In this document: positions 54,950-63,727 of the stretch, piece after piece | Layout of the letters: each line of letters opens with the position of its first letter | How positions within the stretch are numbered: position 1 is the stretch's first letter | Assembly: GCA_001792535.1 (NCBI GenBank) | Contig: MGGS01000002.1 | Location: 7,155 to 71,154 of the forward strand | Origin: Candidatus Woesebacteria bacterium RIFCSPHIGHO2_02_FULL_42_20 | GTDB taxonomy: Bacteria; Patescibacteriota; Microgenomatia; UBA8517 | Reading direction: 5' to 3' | DNA length: 64,000 bases | The notes under the pieces: generated by a model | What the model was told of the DNA's origin: nothing | The model's input: only the letters and a program-made list of their open reading frames with translations | Database searches by the model: none | Program-made: the position numbers and the translations under genes

Positions 54950-57900
54950 ATGAGCCGGCAGTCAAGAGTAAACTTTGGCAAAGCTGAAAAGAATTTACCC
55001 AAACTGGATTTGTTGTTGGTCCAAAAGCAGTCATGGGACTGGTTTTTGACGGAAGGTATTGAAAAAGAAATTGCGGAAGTTTCACCAATAAATGACTTTA
55101 CCGGAAAAAACTGGCGGTTAATTCTCTCTAATCACTCATTAGGCGCGTCTATAATTACGCCGCGGCTAGCCCGAGAAAAAGGACTCACATTTTCTTCTCC
55201 CTTCAAAGTTACTGCAACTCTCATTAATAAGCACACCGAAAAAGAAGTTTCCCAGGAAGTATTTTTAGGAGACATCCCCCAAATGACAAAATGGGGAACT
55301 TTTATTGTAAACGGCATCGAGCGGGCTGTAATTAATCAGATTGTCAGATCTCCCGGAGCATATTTCAGCGGGAACTTAGATGCTTTGTCAGGACGGATGC
55401 TTTATATATCCGAAATTAGACCTCTTCATGGTTCATGGCTGGAGTTTGAAGTAGGTAAATCCGATGTGATTGTTGCCAGAATAGATAGGCGGAAAAGGGT
55501 CCCGGTAACTGTTTTTTTGAGGGCCATGGGGTTATCCAGCGATGAAGAAATTAAAAAAACATTTGCTCAAGCAGATATTGACAAAAATCACCAGTATATC
55601 CAGAAAACTTTGGAAAAAGATTCTACAAAGTCTTCCGAAGAAGCTTTGATCGAAATCTATCGCAAAATGAGGCCGGGTGAGCCTTCGGTACTCGAGAACG
55701 CTCAAGAACTTTTTGAAGGACTGTTTTTAGATCCCCGAAGGTATGACTTGGGCAAAGTAGGTAGATACAAAATTAACAAGAAACTTGGGCTTAATGTCGA
55801 AAACGAAAAGAAAAATTGGGTTTTGACAAAAAACGACGTAGTTGGCGCATTAAACTATCTGATCGGACTGCAAAATAATCAGGGCAAAGTCGACGATATT
55901 GACCACCTTGCAAACCGAAGGCTTCGAAGGGTTGGAGAGCTCGTAGCGACTCATGCGTTCAGGGTTGGTTTTCTTAGACTTGAAAGGTCAATTAAAGAAA
56001 AAATGAGCCTCGTTTCAACCGCCGACAGACCGCTTCCTTCGCAATTAATTAATGCAAGGCCACTGATTGCTGCGATTAATGAATTCTTCAGGTCAAACCA
56101 ACTATCGACTATTCTGGACGACACCAATCCTCTGAGTGAAATAGATAACTTAAGGCGTGTTTCCGTACTTGGGCCGGGCGGGATAAATCGCGAGCGGGCG
56201 TCGTTTTCGATTCGGGACGTTAATTCTTCGCAGTATGGCAGGATTGACCCAGTGCGCTCTCCCGAAGGTCCTAACATTGGCTTAGTTACGTACTTGGCTC
56301 TTTATGCTCGCGTCAATGAATATGGATTTGTCGAGGCTCCTTACAGAAAGGTAGTAAAGGTAAAAAAAGAGGGCAGGGAGTTTTCTAAAATTACGGAGGA
56401 GATTATGTATTTGCAAGCCGATGATGAACAGGAAAGCAGAATTACCCATTGCGGTGTAAACGTCGACAAAGACGGACTAATAACAGATGACCGTGTGGCC
56501 TTTCGTTATAACGGACTTTTTACCGAAGGACCGAGTAATCTGGTCGATTATATAGATGTAACTCCACGACAGGTTTTTGGAACTTCCGCTTCACTTATTC
56601 CCTTTCTTGCCCACGATGAAGGCAACAGGGCTTTGATGGGGTCGAATATGCAATGTCAAGCCGTGCCTCTCATAACTCCGAGTGCCCCGGTTATCGGTAC
56701 CGGAATGGAAAGTTTTGTCGCGGACTCCATGGGTAAGGTGGTCCAGGTGGCTTATCCGGGAAAAGTGGTTTATGCGGATGCGGAAAGGGTGGAAGTAGCA
56801 CTGGACAAGAAAGTGAATGGCCAACCGGACGATTATGACATCGAAATAACGGACGCTGGCAAGAAGGCCGTTTACCACATCACAAAATTTAGGCGGACAT
56901 CTCATTCTACTTGTTATAACCAGAAGGTAAAAGTAAATGTTGGTGATAGGGTAAAAACAGGAGATTTATTGGCGGATGGCCCGGCAGTCGATGGCGGGGA
57001 GCTCTCGTTAGGGCAAAACCTGGTCATAGCCTACGCCTCGTTTGAGGGTTATGGATTTGAGGACGCGGTTTTGGTTTCCAGTAGGCTTGTAAAGGATGAT
57101 TTACTAACATCAATCCATATCGAGGAATATTCAGCTGATGTGGTAGAGACAAAACTTGGACCGGAGGAGCTCACCAGAGACATCCCTAATGTTGCCGAAG
57201 CCGAACTTGCCAACCTCGCCGAAGATGGAATAATTGTCGTCGGCGCCGAAGTCGGCCCCAATGACATTTTGGTAGGCAAAATTGCCCCGAAGGGAGAGAC
57301 CGAGTTAACCAGCGAAGAAAGATTGCTTCGTGCTATTTTCGGTGAAAAGGCGAGGGAGGTAAGGGATACTTCACTTCGCGTACCTCACGGCGAGAAAGGG
57401 ATGGTTGTGGATGTCTCGGTTTTAGACAAGGACAAAGGTGACGAACTTGGTCCGGGAGTAATCAAATCGGTGATTGTAAAAGTTGCCCAGATGAGAAAAG
57501 TCACAGTAGGGGATAAGCTTGCAGGAAGGCATGGTAACAAAGGGGTTATCGCAAAAATAATGCCGGTTTCGGATATGCCCTATCTGCCCGATGGTACTCC
57601 TGTTGATATTGTCATTTCACCGTTGTCGGTTCTTGCCCGTATGAACTTGGGGCAGTTATTGGAGGCTCATCTGGGGTTGGCGCTTACTAAAACAGGTCAG
57701 AAGGCAAGCTTGCCGGTTTTTGATAGGGTTTCCGAGGATATTTTGGTTAACGAACTTAAAAAAGCGAATTTGTCGGTCAGTGGTAAAACCAAATTGGTTG
57801 ATGGCCGGACAGGGGAGAGTTTTAAAGAGGATACGGTCGTGGGTGTAGGCTACATTATGAAGCTCACCCACATGGTCGAAGACAAGACACATGCTCGCTC

Positions 57901-58261
57901 GACTGGTCCGTACTCGCTTGTTACCCAACAACCCTTGGGAGGTAAAGCTCAAATGGGAGGCCAGAGGCTCGGGGAGATGGAGGTTTGGGCTTTGGAGGCA
58001 CACCGTGCTACCTATACACTCCAGGAGATGTTGACAATAAAATCCGATGATATTGTGGGCAGGGCCAGGGCTTTTGAAGCAATTGTCAAGGGTGACCCCA
58101 TTCCCGAGGCTAATGTACCAGAGAGTTTTAAAGTCTTGGTCCGCGAACTTAACTCCTTAGGTATGGCACTGGAAACAATTGGGGCGGTAATTGCTGATGA
58201 AGCCCAAAAAGAGGAAAACGAAGCGGTACAAAGTAAGGAAGTTGTGGAAAAAAAATTGTAA
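54950..58261 (+). CDS. rpoB: RNA polymerase beta subunit
   Basis: GTFIVNGIER, PEGPNIGL, RALMGSNMQ, GDKLAGRHGNKG, GGQRLGEMEVWALE. Confidence 0.99.
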   Translation: MSRQSRVNFGKAEKNLPKLDLLLVQKQSWDWFLTEGIEKEIAEVSPINDFTGKNWRLILSNHSLGASIITPRLAREKGLTFSSPFKVTATLINKHTEKEVSQEVFLGDIPQMTKWGTFIVNGIERAVINQIVRSPGAYFSGNLDALSGRMLYISEIRPLHGSWLEFEVGKSDVIVARIDRRKRVPVTVFLRAMGLSSDEEIKKTFAQADIDKNHQYIQKTLEKDSTKSSEEALIEIYRKMRPGEPSVLENAQELFEGLFLDPRRYDLGKVGRYKINKKLGLNVENEKKNWVLTKNDVVGALNYLIGLQNNQGKVDDIDHLANRRLRRVGELVATHAFRVGFLRLERSIKEKMSLVSTADRPLPSQLINARPLIAAINEFFRSNQLSTILDDTNPLSEIDNLRRVSVLGPGGINRERASFSIRDVNSSQYGRIDPVRSPEGPNIGLVTYLALYARVNEYGFVEAPYRKVVKVKKEGREFSKITEEIMYLQADDEQESRITHCGVNVDKDGLITDDRVAFRYNGLFTEGPSNLVDYIDVTPRQVFGTSASLIPFLAHDEGNRALMGSNMQCQAVPLITPSAPVIGTGMESFVADSMGKVVQVAYPGKVVYADAERVEVALDKKVNGQPDDYDIEITDAGKKAVYHITKFRRTSHSTCYNQKVKVNVGDRVKTGDLLADGPAVDGGELSLGQNLVIAYASFEGYGFEDAVLVSSRLVKDDLLTSIHIEEYSADVVETKLGPEELTRDIPNVAEAELANLAEDGIIVVGAEVGPNDILVGKIAPKGETELTSEERLLRAIFGEKAREVRDTSLRVPHGEKGMVVDVSVLDKDKGDELGPGVIKSVIVKVAQMRKVTVGDKLAGRHGNKGVIAKIMPVSDMPYLPDGTPVDIVISPLSVLARMNLGQLLEAHLGLALTKTGQKASLPVFDRVSEDILVNELKKANLSVSGKTKLVDGRTGESFKEDTVVGVGYIMKLTHMVEDKTHARSTGPYSLVTQQPLGGKAQMGGQRLGEMEVWALEAHRATYTLQEMLTIKSDDIVGRARAFEAIVKGDPIPEANVPESFKVLVRELNSLGMALETIGAVIADEAQKEENEAVQSKEVVEKKL

Positions 58262-58265
58262 AACC

Positions 58266-61200
58266 ATGGCTGAGTACAAACAGAATGACGTCGTAAGCGA
58301 ACTTAAAAATTTAGCCGATTTTAAGGCTTTGAGGATTAAACTCGCTTCGGTAGATGATATTAAAAATTGGTCTAGGGGGGAAGTAACTAAGCCAGAGACG
58401 ATCAATTACCGAACATTAAAGCCTGAAAAAGACGGCCTTTTTGACGAGCGCATTTTCGGCCCGACCAAAGATTGGGAATGCTATTGTGGAAAATATAAGA
58501 GGATCAGGTACAAAGGTGTCGTTTGCGATAAGTGCGGTGTTGAGGTAACACAATCCAGGGTCAGAAGAGAAAGGATGGGGCATATAACACTCGCTGCTCC
58601 TGTGGCTAATGTTTGGTTTTTCAAAGGCGCACCGTCGAGAATTTCTTTATTGCTTGACCTTCCGCCACGCTCGGTTGAGCAAGTGATCTATTTTGCCAAA
58701 TACTTAGTGATAGGTATTGACGAGGAAAAAAGAAAGAAGGCCATTTTGGAGGTTGGTCTATCTCTCAAAGTTAAGCTTGAAGAAATAAAGGAGAGTTATG
58801 ATGAGCGAAAGGAGCTTGTCGAAAAAGAAGCGGAAGCAGAAAGGGAAAAGATTAGTTCAAAGATCAAAAACAATGAACAGGCTCAGTTGGCAATATCCGA
58901 AGTCGAGCTTAATTTTCGTAAGAAAGATACCGCTTTGGCGGAAGAGGAGAAGCAATCCATTGAGAGGACAACCCAACTTTTTGACAGGTTGATGAATTTG
59001 GCCAAAAATATTGTACAGTTAGGTTTTTTGTCTGAAGATGAGTACGACGAACTTGATAGTTACGGAGCAGCTTCGTTTCTCGAAGTCAAAATGGGGGCGG
59101 AAGCCATACTTGATGCCATACAAACTGTTAATTTAGATAAGGAATCGGCAGATCTCAAAAAGCAGATTTTTGAAGTTAAGAATAAAAATAGCAAATATGT
59201 AAAGCTAACCAAGCGGCTAAAACTGATAGACGGCCTGCGCAGTGCTAAGGTTGACCCTTCCTGGATGATATTTAGAGTCCTTCCGGTGCTTCCGCCGGAT
59301 TTGCGGCCGATGGTTCAGTTGTCAGGCGGAAGATTTGCCACAAGCGACCTAAATGATCTTTATCGAAGGGTAATAAATAGAAATAACAGGCTAAAGCATT
59401 TGATGAGTTTGGGTGCGCCCGAAATTATACTTCGCAACGAGAAAAGGATGTTGCAGGAAGCTGTCGACTCCTTGATCGACGCTTCCCAGAGGAAGGCAAC
59501 CCGGCGTGGGCGGGGCAAACAAGCCTTAAGATCACTGTCAGACATGTTGCGAGGCAAGCAGGGCAGGTTTAGGCAGAATTTGCTGGGTAAAAGAGTCGAT
59601 TACTCCGGCCGTTCCGTGATTGTGGTGGGTCCTGAGTTGAATCTCAATCAGTGTGGTTTGCCTAAGGAAATGGCTCTGGAGATGTTCAAACCTTTTGTGC
59701 TTCATGAAATGATCATCCGTGGGATAGCCCCGAATGTTAAAAGTGCTAAAAACATGATTGAGCGAAGGCCTCCGGAAGTTTTTGATATTTTGGAGGAGAT
59801 TACCCGCGACCACCCGGTTTTGCTAAATCGCGCTCCCACACTGCACAAGCTGGGAATTCAGGCGTTTTACCCGGTGCTTATTGAGGGAAGCGCTATCAGG
59901 CTTCACCCCGCAGTTTGTTCCGGCTATAATGCCGACTTTGACGGCGACCAAATGGCGGTGCACGTGCCTTTATCCAAAAAGGCCATAGAAGAGGCGAAGT
60001 CCCTGATGCTTCCGAAATTCAATTTATTGCGTCCTGCCGATGGTACTCCGATTACCACCCCGTCGTCTAAGGAGATGGCTTTAGGGGTTTACTACTTTAC
60101 CAGCGATGATAGTAGGATAGGACCTTTTGGCAGTATTTTTGCTGACAGCCGGGAGGCGATTACTGCCTATCAATCTGGGAAAGTTGCTCTTAGACAAAAA
60201 ATTAATGCCCGGGTCAACGGCAAGATCATTGAGACAACTGTTGGTAGACTTATCTTTAATCAGATACTGCCGCCCGGTTTTGGGTTTGTCAATGAGAGTG
60301 TTAATTCCTCACTCATTAAAGAAATATTTACAAGGGCCTTTAACGAGGTGGACTTAGACTCGCTTGTTAGTTTGGTGGATGCCATTAAAGACTTGGGGTT
60401 TGCAGGTGGAACACTTTCAGGCCTTTCATTTGGAATATTCGATGCGGCCATGCTTGAGGAAAAGAAAGACATTATTTTAGCTTCAAACAAAAAGGTTGAA
60501 GTGATTGAGGAGAACTTTAACCAAGGGTTAATTACCGCCGATGAGAAGAAACGGCTGTCACACGAGGTTTGGATAGAAACGACAGAGGAGATTGCTGACA
60601 AAACTTGGGAGAAAATTGATCCGAACGGATCGATTAAATTGGTAATTGACGCAAAGGTCGGGCGTACTTCAAGAGATCAAATAAAGCAAATTTCGGGTAT
60701 GCGGGGGTTGGTTGTTGATCCTTTGGGTAAAATTGTGGACCTGCCTATTAAAAGCAACTTCCGCGAAGGCTTGTCTGTTTTCGAATATGTTACTTCCGGA
60801 AGAGGGTCCAGAAAAGGGTTGACAGATACTGCCATCAAGACGGCTGACGCGGGCTACTTGACCAGAAGGCTTGTCGACGTGGCGCACGATGTGTTGGTCA
60901 GATCCGAGGATTGTGGTGCTAAAGAAGGGTTTTTAATTGATCACAAGACCCGTCCGGCTACTTTTGCAAAGCGCATTTTGGGTAGGTTTGCTGCCGAGGT
61001 AGTTAAAGACAAGAAGGGGAAAGTTGTTGTTGAGAAAAACGGAATGATAGATGAAGCCAAAGTTGACCAAATTGAAGAAGCCCAAATAGATGCGGTCAGT
61101 GTTCGTTCTCCCTTGACCTGTGTCGCCCGCTACGGGGTTTGTACAAAGTGTTATGGTTGGGATCTATCCAACCGAAAGATAATCAATTTGGGAGTGCCGG

Positions 61201-62009
61201 TTGGAGTGGTAGCTGCGCAGTCGATTGGTGAGCCTGGTACGCAGCTTACTCTAAAAACGAAACATTCCGGTGGAGTTGTGGGAGTGGATGTTACCCAAGG
61301 TCTGCCTCGGGTGGAGGAGCTGTTTGAATCACGAGTTCCCAAAGTGCTTTCTCCTCTTTCGGAGATTCCGGGCAAAGTAACTTTGGCTGAAACGGACGAG
61401 GGCTGGGTTGTAAAAGTGGCAACTATTAATACCAAACCTAAAGAGGAGAGGGAATATTTGATTCCAAGGACCAGTAAAGTAATTGTCGAAGATGGCCAGT
61501 TGATTGATGCCGGAACACAGTTGGCTTCGGGTTCGTTGGACATTAAAGAAGTTTTGGCCGTTCGAGGGCTAAGGGAAGCGCAGATCTATTTGGTGAACGA
61601 ACTTCAAAAAGTTTACGAATCCCAGGGAATTCCGATTAATGACCGACATTTTGAGGTAATTACCAAAAAGATGAGTGATGAAGTTAAAATTGTGACTTCG
61701 GGGGATACTATGCTTTTGCCGGGTGAGTTGGTTGAGAAGGTTCGGTTTGAGGAGGAGAACGAAAAAGTTTTGGCTGCGGGGGGCGAGCCGGCCAGCGCCC
61801 AGCAGGTGATACTTGGAGTAACTAAAAGAGCCCTTTTTACTGAAAGTTGGCTATCTGCGGCAAGTTTTGAACAGACCACAGATATATTAACTACAGCAGC
61901 CCTTATGGGTAGAGTGGACAAACTTATTGGTTTAAAGGAAAACGTAATTATCGGAAGGCGGATTCCAGTAGACACGGAGCGGGCGGTCTTGATAGAAACT
62001 GCTTCTTAA
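58266..62009 (+). CDS. rpoC: RNA polymerase beta' subunit
   Basis: KPETINYRT, CYCGK...CDKC, NADFDGD, SIGEPGTQLT; start reassigned to ATG 58266. Confidence 0.99.
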   Translation: MAEYKQNDVVSELKNLADFKALRIKLASVDDIKNWSRGEVTKPETINYRTLKPEKDGLFDERIFGPTKDWECYCGKYKRIRYKGVVCDKCGVEVTQSRVRRERMGHITLAAPVANVWFFKGAPSRISLLLDLPPRSVEQVIYFAKYLVIGIDEEKRKKAILEVGLSLKVKLEEIKESYDERKELVEKEAEAEREKISSKIKNNEQAQLAISEVELNFRKKDTALAEEEKQSIERTTQLFDRLMNLAKNIVQLGFLSEDEYDELDSYGAASFLEVKMGAEAILDAIQTVNLDKESADLKKQIFEVKNKNSKYVKLTKRLKLIDGLRSAKVDPSWMIFRVLPVLPPDLRPMVQLSGGRFATSDLNDLYRRVINRNNRLKHLMSLGAPEIILRNEKRMLQEAVDSLIDASQRKATRRGRGKQALRSLSDMLRGKQGRFRQNLLGKRVDYSGRSVIVVGPELNLNQCGLPKEMALEMFKPFVLHEMIIRGIAPNVKSAKNMIERRPPEVFDILEEITRDHPVLLNRAPTLHKLGIQAFYPVLIEGSAIRLHPAVCSGYNADFDGDQMAVHVPLSKKAIEEAKSLMLPKFNLLRPADGTPITTPSSKEMALGVYYFTSDDSRIGPFGSIFADSREAITAYQSGKVALRQKINARVNGKIIETTVGRLIFNQILPPGFGFVNESVNSSLIKEIFTRAFNEVDLDSLVSLVDAIKDLGFAGGTLSGLSFGIFDAAMLEEKKDIILASNKKVEVIEENFNQGLITADEKKRLSHEVWIETTEEIADKTWEKIDPNGSIKLVIDAKVGRTSRDQIKQISGMRGLVVDPLGKIVDLPIKSNFREGLSVFEYVTSGRGSRKGLTDTAIKTADAGYLTRRLVDVAHDVLVRSEDCGAKEGFLIDHKTRPATFAKRILGRFAAEVVKDKKGKVVVEKNGMIDEAKVDQIEEAQIDAVSVRSPLTCVARYGVCTKCYGWDLSNRKIINLGVPVGVVAAQSIGEPGTQLTLKTKHSGGVVGVDVTQGLPRVEELFESRVPKVLSPLSEIPGKVTLAETDEGWVVKVATINTKPKEEREYLIPRTSKVIVEDGQLIDAGTQLASGSLDIKEVLAVRGLREAQIYLVNELQKVYESQGIPINDRHFEVITKKMSDEVKIVTSGDTMLLPGELVEKVRFEEENEKVLAAGGEPASAQQVILGVTKRALFTESWLSAASFEQTTDILTTAALMGRVDKLIGLKENVIIGRRIPVDTERAVLIETAS

Positions 62010-62028
62010 GATACAATTGTAACTTGCT

Positions 62029-62475
62029 ATGCCTACATTTTCACAACTAGTTCGAAGGCCACGAAAGAAGGTTGTTAAAAAGACTCGAAGCGCGGCATTA
62101 AAAAGGTGGTTTAACGCTAAAGACAGGGTTTATAAAGAAACGCCTTCGCCGTTTAAGCGCGGCGTGGTTTTGGCTGTTCGGACAATGACTCCTAGAAAGC
62201 CGAATTCGGCTCTTCGCAAAGTTGCGCGTGTAAGGCTTTCTAACAAGCAGGAAGTAACAGCCTATATTCCCGGTGAGGGCCATGAATTGGCAGAACACGC
62301 GATTGTTTTGGTCAGAGCAGGTAGAGTGAAGGACTTGGCTGGGGTGAAATATCAAGTGGTGCGAGGAAAGTTTGATACTACGGGTGTTGTTGGGAGGAAG
62401 ACGTCAAGAAGCAGATACGGGACAAAAAATGAAGGTGGGGGAGTAAGACCGGCTACGCAAGCGACCGCACAATAG
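62029..62475 (+). CDS. rpsL: 30S ribosomal protein S12
   Basis: [27 protein letters not shown]. Confidence 0.99.
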   Translation: MPTFSQLVRRPRKKVVKKTRSAALKRWFNAKDRVYKETPSPFKRGVVLAVRTMTPRKPNSALRKVARVRLSNKQEVTAYIPGEGHELAEHAIVLVRAGRVKDLAGVKYQVVRGKFDTTGVVGRKTSRSRYGTKNEGGGVRPATQATAQ

Positions 62476-62485
62476 TTATAATCAT

Positions 62486-62965
62486 ATGCCAAGACGAAAA
62501 TTGAGAATTAAGAAAATGACGAGTCCGGATCCGGTTCATGGCAGTGTTTTGGTGGAAAGGCTAATTAATCGGTCTATGCGGGATGGCAAAAAAAGTATCG
62601 CACAAGCCCAGGTTTATAGGGCGCTTGATATCGTGGCCCAAAAGGTTAAAGAAAATGGTGTGAAGGTGTTGGAGAAGGCCTTAGATAATATTAGACCCGT
62701 TATGGAAGTCCGTCCGCGAAGAATCGGAGGAGCAGCTTATCAGGTGCCCATGCAGGTTCGTGGTCCAAGGCGTGAATCTCTTGGAGTCAGATGGCTGATA
62801 ACTTCGGCCAGGTTGCGATCAAATAGCGACTATCACACATACGCCGAGAAACTTGCGGCAGAGATTATGGAAGCCGCAAATGGTGAGGGGCCGGCGGTTA
62901 AGAAAAAACAGGACATGGAAAGAATGGCCGAGGCAAACCGTGCCTTCGCCCACTTCAATTGGTAA
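62486..62965 (+). CDS. rpsG: 30S ribosomal protein S7
   Basis: MPRR, DGKKS, RRIGGAAYQVP, MAEANRAFAH. Confidence 0.99.
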   Translation: MPRRKLRIKKMTSPDPVHGSVLVERLINRSMRDGKKSIAQAQVYRALDIVAQKVKENGVKVLEKALDNIRPVMEVRPRRIGGAAYQVPMQVRGPRRESLGVRWLITSARLRSNSDYHTYAEKLAAEIMEAANGEGPAVKKKQDMERMAEANRAFAHFNW

Positions 62966-62979
62966 GTCTCTTTTATTTG

Positions 62980-63024
62980 TTGACACCCGTTTTCGTGTAT
63001 TGTATGATTAAATACATGATATGA
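62980..63024 (+). promoter_or_regulatory. brnT promoter followed by a 2-codon uORF
   Basis: TTGACA-17-TATGAT-7-ATG ATA TGA; the TGA overlaps the brnT ATG. Confidence 0.6.
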
Positions 63025-63335
63025 GTTTGGATTTAGGATTTTCAAAAATAGAAGGTTTTGAATGGGACGAGGGAAACCTTGAACACATTAATAAACACGG
63101 GGTCAACTTTAAAGAATGTGAGCAAGTTTTTGTTAATCGGCTAATATTAATAAAAAAGGATAAAAAGCATTCCGTAAATGAAAGTAGGTTTCGGGCTTTG
63201 GGATACACAAATAACGGTAGAAATTTATTTATAGCCTTTACTGTGAGAGCAAAGAAAATTCGGGTAATTTCGGCTAGGGATCAAAATAGGAAAGAAAAGT
63301 TTGTTTTAAAGAAAATTGGAGGTGAACGAGGATGA
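63021..63335 (+). CDS. BrnT-family toxin
   Basis: FEWDEGN...KHGVNF...E.RF...IRVISAR. Confidence 0.93.
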   Translation: MSLDLGFSKIEGFEWDEGNLEHINKHGVNFKECEQVFVNRLILIKKDKKHSVNESRFRALGYTNNGRNLFIAFTVRAKKIRVISARDQNRKEKFVLKKIGGERG

Positions 63336-63616
63336 AGAAGTTAAAACCAATTCCAGTATTCAAAAATGAAGACGAAGAAGCTGAATTTTGGGCTACTCAC
63401 GATAGTACAGAATATATTGATTGGAGCAAGGCGATTAAGAACCCAGTTTTTCCCAATTTAAAGTTATCGACAAAGACGATTACGATAAGGGTTACAGAAA
63501 CCCTTCTTAGCGACTTAAAGATGATAGCTAACAAAAAAGATGTACCTTACCAGTCTTTAGTTAAAATATTTCTCGATGAAAAAGTTAAAGAGGAAATTGC
63601 ACCGAAATTCAAATAA
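63332..63616 (+). CDS. BrnA/CopG-family antitoxin
   Basis: IPVFKNEDEEAEFWATHD...ITIRV...VPYQSL. Confidence 0.93.
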   Translation: MKKLKPIPVFKNEDEEAEFWATHDSTEYIDWSKAIKNPVFPNLKLSTKTITIRVTETLLSDLKMIANKKDVPYQSLVKIFLDEKVKEEIAPKFK

Positions 63617-63727
63617 ACGTAGACGTGTGCTCGTAGCTTCAAAATCTTTTTTGGAGTTTTTGTGTTTTCCGGGTGTGTTTTGTCTTTTTTCCAATTTTTA
63701 AATGCGTTTATTTGTGATTGGTTTTGT

